A stretch of 64,000 nucleotides of DNA from a virus (Duplodnaviria > Caudoviricetes): the IMG/VR virus record IMGVR_UViG_3300028197_000002. One strand, given 5' to 3'. The notes beneath the pieces were generated by a model, which had not been told where the DNA came from, made no database searches, and was given only the letters and a program-made list of their open reading frames with translations. Of this stretch, positions 57,433 to 64,000 are shown piece by piece. A program made the position numbers and the translations under genes. Every line of letters starts with the position of its first letter. The stretch's first letter is position 1.

Positions 57433-57505
57433 GGGGCGGTAGCTCAATGGTTAGAGCCGCAAACTCATAATTTGTTGGTTGGGGGTTCAAATCCCTCTCG
57501 CCCTA
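57433..57505 (+). tRNA. tRNA with CAT anticodon, most likely Ile2 (lysidine-type); CCA not encoded
   Basis: Full cloverleaf: GGGGCGG/TCGCCCT, GCTC/GAGC, GCAAA-CTCATAA-TTTGT, GGGGG-TTCAAAT-CCCTC, discriminator A. Confidence 0.92.
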
Positions 57506-57563
57506 CTTCTGCTTTTAGAAGAAAGTAGATATTCACCTTTTAATAGAAAGTTGGTTTTTCATA

Positions 57564-57725
57564 ATGAATAATAAAAGTTATTTTTTGATCGCGGCATTTG
57601 CTAGTTTTGGTCTTAGTGTTGGACTTTGGTTTCTAGGTAATCAAGAAGTTGCTAAAGATCAAGCCATTTTCGTTGGATTGTGGGTTCCTAGCATTTTGGC
57701 CCTAGGAGGCCTTTTACGTGAATGA
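57564..57725 (+). CDS. Small two-helix membrane protein (53 aa)
   Basis: MNNKSYFLIAAFASFGLSVGLWF..AIFVGLWVPSILALGG. Confidence 0.65.
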   Translation: MNNKSYFLIAAFASFGLSVGLWFLGNQEVAKDQAIFVGLWVPSILALGGLLRE

Positions 57726-57897
57726 TTTCACTTTGTTTCTTTGTGGCCTTGTAGTTGCTTTAGTTGCTGGATTAGGAGTAATCACAAGCGAAGTGTTTTT
57801 AGGCTACTCAAGATATCTTAAAAGCATACAAGACTATTATCGTAAAGAGCATGACAAAAAAAAGTCTAGCTTGAAAGAAAACTATGGAGATGTATGA
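57718..57897 (+). CDS. Small membrane protein (59 aa)
   Basis: GGAGG RBS, GTG start, FTLFLCGLVVALVAGLGVI helix. Confidence 0.65.
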   Translation: MNDFTLFLCGLVVALVAGLGVITSEVFLGYSRYLKSIQDYYRKEHDKKKSSLKENYGDV

Positions 57898-58039
57898 TGC
57901 AAAGTCGAAATTTATGCAATCTTATCTTGAGCTTGTAAAAAAAATTCAAATCAAGTTTGATTTGAGTGAAATAGAGGCAAAAGAAGTTTGTTTTATTGTT
58001 TCAGATTTTCTTCATAAAAATGAATCCTCATCAGATTAG
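57890..58039 (+). CDS. Hypothetical protein (49 aa)
   Basis: MYDAKSKFMQSYLELVKK.. fills the gap before 58048. Confidence 0.45.
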   Translation: MYDAKSKFMQSYLELVKKIQIKFDLSEIEAKEVCFIVSDFLHKNESSSD

Positions 58040-58047
58040 GAGTTTGT

Positions 58048-59316
58048 TTGACAGTCATGGATGTTATAAATTGGTCCTCAAATCAAATAAATGAATTAAA
58101 GAACCATAAAGGAAAAGGACTTCCAAAGATTGAAGGCAGAAGCAAGAATGCAATCTACAGAAAAATGCGTTCCCTTGGTCTTCAAGTCCAATGCAAACAA
58201 CCTAACTGGTCGGAAGAAGAGCTTGACATCATTTGTTCTTGTGATGGTTCCTACGTTCCTGAGATAAAAGGCAGGAGCGTTAGGGCCATCCGAATGAAAA
58301 TGAACAAAATGGGAATTTATGATTCTACTAGAGCTTTATATTGGACAGAGCAGGAAGTAGAAATTTTAAAAAATCATATAGAGAATAAAAACAAAGGTTT
58401 TCCTGTTATAAAAGGAAGAACCAAAGACGCTATTCGTAAAAAAGCTGAAGATCTAGAATTAAAAATAATTTCTTCTGATATCTGTGGCCGTCATCTCGCT
58501 TGGAGTAAGGATGAGCTTGCAAAGGTTCATCTTATTGCTCAAGGATTGAATGTTGAAATCAAAGGAAGATCTAAAGTTGCTATACGAAACAAAGTGAAGC
58601 AACTGAACTTAAAGAAAAATAGACTTTATGAGGTCTGGACCGAGCAAGAAATTTGTCTCTTAAAACAAAATAGGCCTATTACGGGTCGTAGTTTAAAAAG
58701 TATTAATAGAAAAAGAATAGATTTAGGGTTGCTAAAAAGAAAGCCAAGAAAGTCTTGGACTTTAAAAAATGAGAGAATTTTAAAAAGACTTGTAAGCAAA
58801 GGTTATTCTGCGGCGCAGATTCTTAAAATGGGAGTTTTGCCTAAGAAGTTTACAAGATACGCGATTCAGAAAAAAATGTGCCGATTAAATCTTTCTGAAA
58901 AAATGTCAAGTTATAAAAGGTTTTCAAAACATAGCCAATTGCTTTTCGAAAAGTTTTTGAAAAAAAATTGGGAAAACAAACTTCCTCAAGAACTTGCTAA
59001 CCAATGGAATGAATTAAATCCTAAAGAAAAAATCTCTAGCAGAAGAGTGATAAGATATCTTTCCAGATTAGAAATTAAGGTTTCTTCTTATGAGATGGGC
59101 AAAATAAGAAGGCAGAAAGAAAAAGAAGAAAAGATTATTAAATCATCATCTGATTTTAATTCAGCAAAGAAATTGAATGAAAAATTAAGATCTAATCGTG
59201 TTGAATTAATGCGAAAAAGATTTGAGCAAAATAAAAATATATGGACTGGATTGGATATGCACAATTATGAATTAGAAGCTTTTGGAGATTTTAAGCGATG
59301 TCTCAACAACGTTTGA
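58048..59316 (+). CDS. Tandem Myb/SANT-like HTH repeat protein (6 clear repeats)
   Basis: W(S/T)xxE..L....I.GRSxxAIRxKxxxLGL repeated. Confidence 0.75.
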   Translation: MTVMDVINWSSNQINELKNHKGKGLPKIEGRSKNAIYRKMRSLGLQVQCKQPNWSEEELDIICSCDGSYVPEIKGRSVRAIRMKMNKMGIYDSTRALYWTEQEVEILKNHIENKNKGFPVIKGRTKDAIRKKAEDLELKIISSDICGRHLAWSKDELAKVHLIAQGLNVEIKGRSKVAIRNKVKQLNLKKNRLYEVWTEQEICLLKQNRPITGRSLKSINRKRIDLGLLKRKPRKSWTLKNERILKRLVSKGYSAAQILKMGVLPKKFTRYAIQKKMCRLNLSEKMSSYKRFSKHSQLLFEKFLKKNWENKLPQELANQWNELNPKEKISSRRVIRYLSRLEIKVSSYEMGKIRRQKEKEEKIIKSSSDFNSAKKLNEKLRSNRVELMRKRFEQNKNIWTGLDMHNYELEAFGDFKRCLNNV

Positions 59317-59423
59317 ACCCAAGACCACCTCCTCAACTTGCCTTTGCAGGGGCTTTATTTGTCGGGTTTTGTATGTTTTTTCTTGGTTCTTTATTTGGTT
59401 TTATTTTAGGTCTTTTATTTTGA
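59298..59423 (+). CDS. Small membrane peptide (41 aa)
   Basis: MSQQRLNPRPPPQLAFAGALFVGFCMFFLGSLFGFILGLLF; GGAG upstream. Confidence 0.5.
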   Translation: MSQQRLNPRPPPQLAFAGALFVGFCMFFLGSLFGFILGLLF

Positions 59424-59459
59424 TTTTTAGAAAAGTTAAAAAGTTATCATCATAATCAA

Positions 59460-59840
59460 ATGAAACTATATGAATACCAAGTATCTGAGAAATCAATACT
59501 CAAGAGAGGCACTCCCTTTCGGTGTTTCGCTGACTCTGGTCCTGTCTATCAAACTGAATCTGGTGAGATGCTGAACATGGCAGATAAAGGCCCCTTTGTT
59601 TTCTTATGGGCTGAACAAACCAATGAAATCACACTGATTCATGCCTTAGATCGTGGCGGTTTTCACTCAGTCCTTCACGTTGCTGGTACTAGAAAGCCCT
59701 CCATCGAAGGACTAATCCCTCGGCCCTATGTCATTAAGAACAGGGTAACTAAGCACTTGCATAAAGTGAAGGGACTTCGCAAGAAGTTGCCCAAAATAAA
59801 GAAAGGCAGGAAAAAGAAAGGTAGGAAGACCACTGAATAA
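59460..59840 (+). CDS. Hypothetical protein with basic tail
   Basis: 126-aa ORF. Confidence 0.65.
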   Translation: MKLYEYQVSEKSILKRGTPFRCFADSGPVYQTESGEMLNMADKGPFVFLWAEQTNEITLIHALDRGGFHSVLHVAGTRKPSIEGLIPRPYVIKNRVTKHLHKVKGLRKKLPKIKKGRKKKGRKTTE

Positions 59841-59935
59841 GGTTCAAAAAAACAGCATCGCAGGACAAATACCTGCTCTCAATAATAATAAATTTTAAAT
59901 ATCTTTAATTTGTTTAAGTTTGTTATTATTATACA

Positions 59936-60268
59936 ATGAGTTTTATGAATGAAATAAACAATGGCGAGTTATGCAACGCTTTTGTTGTTAACAGCAGCAG
60001 AAATTCTTCTTATTCATCTTTTAAAATCATCACAATGAGAGAATTAGAGGATTTTGACGGAGGCACAGAAATAAGACATATTAAATCTAAAGAAGAGTTC
60101 CACTTGACAGAAGGCATATCTTTAGACAAGCCATTTTATAGAGTAACTGCTCGTTACAGAGAAGAATCTAGAGGCTCACGAACTATTGTAGATTTTTTTG
60201 ATGCAAAACAAGCAGTCTTATTTTTAGAAGAATTAACCGGCGTTCCAGTATATATTTATTCTTATTAG
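59936..60268 (+). CDS. Hypothetical protein
   Basis: 110-aa ORF. Confidence 0.65.
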   Translation: MSFMNEINNGELCNAFVVNSSRNSSYSSFKIITMRELEDFDGGTEIRHIKSKEEFHLTEGISLDKPFYRVTARYREESRGSRTIVDFFDAKQAVLFLEELTGVPVYIYSY

Positions 60269-60283
60269 TTAAAGAGAGGTTTT

Positions 60284-60493
60284 TTGGTGGCAAGTAATCC
60301 TAAGACGACTGTTCTTTTTTTTATTGGCATTTTAGTTTTTGCAATTGCGTTTTGTGTTCCTTTGATTTTAATATGGTCGTTAAACACTTTATTTTCCTTA
60401 AATATAGATTACACTTGGCAAACTTGGATTGCAGCAGCAATGCTAATAGTTTTTTTTGGACCCAAGTATTCTTCAAATACTAAGTCTTCGTGA
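60284..60493 (+). CDS. Small membrane protein
   Basis: PLILIWSLNTLF..YTWQTWIAA two-helix pattern. Confidence 0.65.
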   Translation: MVASNPKTTVLFFIGILVFAIAFCVPLILIWSLNTLFSLNIDYTWQTWIAAAMLIVFFGPKYSSNTKSS

Positions 60494-60541
60494 TATGCCC
60501 TGATTTCCATCCGATGCGTTGTTGAAAAGTTTTACACGGTA

Positions 60542-61312
60542 TTAAATTTTTTTGCTTTTCCATATTTCATTATCTTCTAGCATATGTTGGCTTCTTGCTT
60601 CTTTTTTAAATCCAGCATAATGCACAAAGTAAGATGTGTCTAAATAATTGTATTTAAAAGTCGAAACCATTTGGTTGAAGCAATTTGGCAATGAATACAT
60701 TTCAATTTTTTCTTTTATTAATAAATAATTAAAATAAGCTTGTTCTGGGCCATAAACAGAGCATGTTCTTAATTTGTTTTTGATTTCTTCATTTGTATGA
60801 AAAAGACTCAAATGCTTTTTGTTTATTACTTGTACTCCAAAATTAAAATATTTGAAGCAATCTTTTTTAAAACCACATGTAGGGATGTTTAATTCGGGGA
60901 TTGGGAAAAGTTTGCAATTTTTAATTAATTGCTGAATATTTGCGAGTCTGTATTGAATTTCTTCTTTTCTATTTTCTGGGTTATGAAGAGAAAGAAATGA
61001 AGATCCTTCATTAAAAGCACAAAGTTTGTCTTTTGATAATTCAAAGATGTCAGGGCTATCTTCTCTAATTAACACATCTGTATCTATTATTAGTGCTTTG
61101 TCAAAGTTTTCTTTTTCAAGTTCTTTTATTTTAAAATATTTTTCTATACTGTATTTTTGAGCATGAGAAAAATTTTCATTCAGTTTGTTGTTTAAGTCTA
61201 TTTTTATAAATTTTGCATTGCATTTTTTTGCATATTTTTCGAATCTTTCAAAAGCTATTTTTTCGTAATCAAATTCTTGATTAGCATGATACGTTACTAG
61301 AATTTTTTTCAT
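60542..61312 (-). CDS. GT8-like glycosyltransferase
   Basis: LIIDTDVLI, YFNFGVQV, EQAYFN, FNQM, FVHYAG. Confidence 0.8.
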   Translation of the reverse strand: MKKILVTYHANQEFDYEKIAFERFEKYAKKCNAKFIKIDLNNKLNENFSHAQKYSIEKYFKIKELEKENFDKALIIDTDVLIREDSPDIFELSKDKLCAFNEGSSFLSLHNPENRKEEIQYRLANIQQLIKNCKLFPIPELNIPTCGFKKDCFKYFNFGVQVINKKHLSLFHTNEEIKNKLRTCSVYGPEQAYFNYLLIKEKIEMYSLPNCFNQMVSTFKYNYLDTSYFVHYAGFKKEARSQHMLEDNEIWKSKKI

Positions 61313-61399
61313 TACAAAACTTGATTTAATTTAGGAGAAACATTATACTTATAATAGTTATTTTAACAAATTCTATTATTATTTTAGAAAAAACAAGGC

Positions 61400-62476
61400 A
61401 TGAAAAATTTAAGATTGTTTGGCTTAGATGGATTTGATAATTATGCCAGACAGATAGCGAAATGCCTAGGGGTTCGTTTAACTCCTAGGCAAGAAAAAAT
61501 ATTCTGTGACGGAGAACCGTACATTAAGAGTATTGTTGGGTCAGAAGGAAATGTTAGAGCAAAAGACTGTTATATAATAAATTCTTTATTTTCAGATGAA
61601 AAACAGTCGGTTAATGATAAATTTATAAAAATGCTTTATTTTGCTGGCTCTCTTAAGGATGCCGGAGCAGAAAGAATAACTTTGATAGTTCCCTTTTTGG
61701 CGTATCAAAGACAAGATAGAAAAACAGAGTCTAGAGCAGGGATATACACTACCTATAGTGCTAAATTATTAGAAACAATGTGTGTTGATCGTTTGATTAC
61801 GATGGATGTGCATAATCTTGCAGCGACACAATCTGCAATGTCCATGAGAGTTTTATTTGATAATTTAGAATCTAAGAATTCTTTGGCTGATTTTATTTGC
61901 GGGGGTTATGATAAAGATGGATCTCTAATAGAGCATAAATTGCCAAATTGTTTGTATAAAGAATATGTTCTTGAAAAAAAGATTCCTGATATAGTAATAC
62001 TATCGCCAGATAGCGGGGGAGTTAGTAGAGCTAAAAGATTTAGAAATGAACTTGAGTTAAGATTAGATCTTCAAAATTCTATACCTGTTGTTCATTTAGA
62101 TAAAGAAAGAAAATCAACTGGAGAATTAGATTCTACAAAAGGAATCATTAATGCGGACATCAAAGATAAAAAAATAATAATTTACGATGATATAATTGCT
62201 TCTGGCGGTACAATAAAATTATGTCAGGAGTCTGTTGAAAAATATGGAGGTGAGGTCCACGCAGTTTGCGCCTCTCATGGTATTTTTACTGAAAAATCTA
62301 ATTTCAATTTATCTAAAATAGAAAGACTTGTAATTACTGATTCAATTCCGCCAGTAAAATTAGATTTAGATCAGTGGAAAAAAAAGTTGTTTATATGTAA
62401 GACCAGTCCTCTTTTTGCAGAAGCAATAAGAAGAACGCATTATGAAGGTGGTTCAATCAGTGAGCTTTTAGAGTAA
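61400..62476 (+). CDS. prs: Ribose-phosphate pyrophosphokinase family
   Basis: FCDGE, PFLAYQRQDRK, MDVH, SPDSGG, DDIIASGGT, SHG. Confidence 0.9.
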   Translation: MKNLRLFGLDGFDNYARQIAKCLGVRLTPRQEKIFCDGEPYIKSIVGSEGNVRAKDCYIINSLFSDEKQSVNDKFIKMLYFAGSLKDAGAERITLIVPFLAYQRQDRKTESRAGIYTTYSAKLLETMCVDRLITMDVHNLAATQSAMSMRVLFDNLESKNSLADFICGGYDKDGSLIEHKLPNCLYKEYVLEKKIPDIVILSPDSGGVSRAKRFRNELELRLDLQNSIPVVHLDKERKSTGELDSTKGIINADIKDKKIIIYDDIIASGGTIKLCQESVEKYGGEVHAVCASHGIFTEKSNFNLSKIERLVITDSIPPVKLDLDQWKKKLFICKTSPLFAEAIRRTHYEGGSISELLE

Positions 62477-62704
62477 TTATTTTTTTGATTTTTGTTCACA
62501 GAGCAACAATTCTTCTTGATGTTTCTTTTCTGTTTTAATTTTCTGATCTAACTCAGCTCTAAGAATGACAATTTCTTTATCGGCTTCAACTCCGACTCGC
62601 ACTTTATTCAAATTGTCTATTTTTACGATTGTCAGCTTGATGTCTTCCCGTCCCGGAATTTTAACAATAATTGTTTCATCTTTCTTCCTGCTTAAAACTA
62701 GCAT
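62477..62704 (-). CDS. csrA: Carbon storage regulator CsrA/RsmA
   Basis: MLVLSRKKDETI..VRVGVEADKEIVILRAEL; GGAG RBS. Confidence 0.9.
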   Translation of the reverse strand: MLVLSRKKDETIIVKIPGREDIKLTIVKIDNLNKVRVGVEADKEIVILRAELDQKIKTEKKHQEELLLCEQKSKK

Positions 62705-62975
62705 TTTTTCGCTTCTCCTTTGCTTTTTCCATTTCCTAGTCTAATTCTCTCTATCTAATTCAGGGGGAAATTATTAAATTTCCCATGTAGATATAGTATC
62801 ATTATGAATAAAAATTTTTTCCAAAAAAAAATTAATATAAATTAAATTACACAAGCAAAGTGTTTTTTTACTTTTTTTTGAACTGTTAGCAATTTACCTC
62901 CGTACAGTTTAGAAGACATAACGTAAAATCAATGACGAAATTTAATTTGAATGTAAAAAAAAACAAAAAAATTAT

Positions 62976-63003
62976 TTGACGTTTTAAGATTTTCACGTAT
63001 AGT
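62976..63003 (+). promoter_or_regulatory. Promoter TTGACG-N16-TATAGT
   Basis: Read directly; about 135-nt leader to ATG 63144. Confidence 0.65.
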
Positions 63004-63143
63004 TGAATGTAAGCGATTGAGATAAGGCCTTAAAGGTTCGTCCCGCTTGACAAGTTATTGCACTTTTGTGTTGAGACAGGTCAAATGGCTCTTATTGATC
63101 TGCCTTGGTCAAATTAAGAGTCGAACTTATAAAGGGTTTTTTC

Positions 63144-63788
63144 ATGACCACAATTAAAAGCATTTCCGGTAAGATTGAGAAAATTCAAATTTCTCTTAAA
63201 GAACTTAATGCTTCATTAAGCTCATTGAATTCAGTCACGCCTCAAAAGCCTTCGAAGAGAATTGTTTTGAGGACAAAAGACACAACCAGAAAACCAGTTA
63301 AGGCTGGGAACAAAGGTGGGCCGAATAAGTCCCATGAGATTAGGTGTTATTTTGAAAAACATGGCATGGACTCTCGTCCTCGTGATGTTATCAAAAGTTT
63401 ATCGGCTCGTGGAATTGAGGTTTCTCCTCCTTTAGTTTCTATTACTAAGGGCAATATGCTCAAGGAACTAGGCGAAGTATCTCCTAGGAAGGAAGTTAGA
63501 AAAACAGTCAAAAGTGGAAGGCCTCTTCCTTCTATTGTGACTGAAATTCTTGCAAGTCATGAAGATGGTCTTGGACTTAGTGATTTGAGAGACAAGGTTA
63601 TAGCTGCTGGTTATAACTATGAAGGAGCAAAAGAAGAATGCTTGGGAGTGTATAACAACTGTTATCAGATTCTACATAGCTTGAAGTCTGAGAAGCATCA
63701 TAAAGGCTTTGTAGATACGACTCCAGTTGTTCTTCTTGAAGATCACAAGTATCGGATTAATCCTTCTGCAAAACGAAAAACTGCTTAA
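63144..63788 (+). CDS. Putative nucleoid-associated/DNA-binding protein (basic linkers, two HTH-like segments)
   Basis: KSHEIRCYFEKH..PRDVIKSLSARGIEVSPPLVS; LPSIVTEILASHEDGLGLSDLRDKVIAAGY. Confidence 0.65.
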   Translation: MTTIKSISGKIEKIQISLKELNASLSSLNSVTPQKPSKRIVLRTKDTTRKPVKAGNKGGPNKSHEIRCYFEKHGMDSRPRDVIKSLSARGIEVSPPLVSITKGNMLKELGEVSPRKEVRKTVKSGRPLPSIVTEILASHEDGLGLSDLRDKVIAAGYNYEGAKEECLGVYNNCYQILHSLKSEKHHKGFVDTTPVVLLEDHKYRINPSAKRKTA

Positions 63789-63815
63789 CTTCTTAATTAT
63801 TAGTAGTTTAAAGTC

Positions 63816-63858
63816 AAAAAAGCCCATTTTTTTATTGTTGAAAAAATGGGCTTTTTTT
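63816..63858 (+). terminator. Rho-independent terminator (probably bidirectional)
   Basis: AAAAAAGCCCATTTTTT / AAAAAATGGGCTTTTTT. Confidence 0.88.
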
Positions 63859-64000
63859 CTATAATAATAACATGACATTAAGTGACTCTATAAAACGAAA
63901 TCAAAAGCAAAAGCTCATTCAACCAGAGCAAAAAGAAAATAATTTAGAATGTGTTTGTTTGCTTGTAACTGGAAATGAATTGAATGATGGACTTTTTGAT

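Noticed and set aside
57433-57505. Calling the tRNA initiator Met
   Set aside because: It lacks the three consecutive G-C pairs in the anticodon stem and the C1-A72 mismatch; elongator Met cannot be fully excluded
59859-59876. GCAGG-ACAAATA-CCTGC hairpin as another CsrA site
   Set aside because: The GGA is largely in the stem rather than the loop and there is no adjacent U-tract; function unclear
1-64000. Alternative genetic code (stop-codon recoding as in some jumbo phages)
   Set aside because: Recognisable enzymes are full length under the standard code and TAA, TAG and TGA all occur as terminal stops with coupled downstream starts
1-64000. CRISPR array, DGR/retron reverse transcriptase, integrase or IS element
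   Set aside because: No repeat-spacer array and no RT, transposase or integrase motifs were found; the only tandem repeats are coding
63872-64000. ORF after the last terminator
   Set aside because: Only 24 codons before a stop; downstream context is cut off by the window edge

Overview
This window is best read as part of a large, AT-rich lytic phage (jumbo/T4-like) genome in the standard genetic code. No rRNA, integrase or CRISPR array was seen. Several small proteins resemble families I associate with Planctomycetota, suggesting such a host (inference). Layout: 0-22 kb holds a PhoH fragment, a 1150-aa Gly-repeat virion-type protein with an inserted beta-propeller, a sigma-70-family factor, an HNH nuclease, likely packaged head proteins and a RecD/Dda-like helicase. 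About 22-54 kb is a very large glycan synthesis/modification island, with outliers at 5.5, 7.8, 16.3, 55.1 and 60.5 kb. It encodes glycosyltransferases, sulfotransferases, two carbamoyltransferases, methyltransferases, WbqC, PIG-L, DegT, ATP-grasp, PhyH and an LRR protein, arranged as short divergent units that often share a TATAATAGT motif. 54-64 kb holds a ligase-like domain, TilS directly followed by tRNA(CAT), a Myb-like repeat protein, PRPP synthetase, CsrA and a DNA-binding protein. The most notable hidden signal is an intergenic pair of CAAGGATG hairpins plus a U-tract (14430-14477) matching the CsrA/RsmA binding consensus in a genome that encodes its own CsrA, i.e. a candidate phage Csr regulatory circuit. 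All product calls come from motif recognition by eye; no database searches were run.
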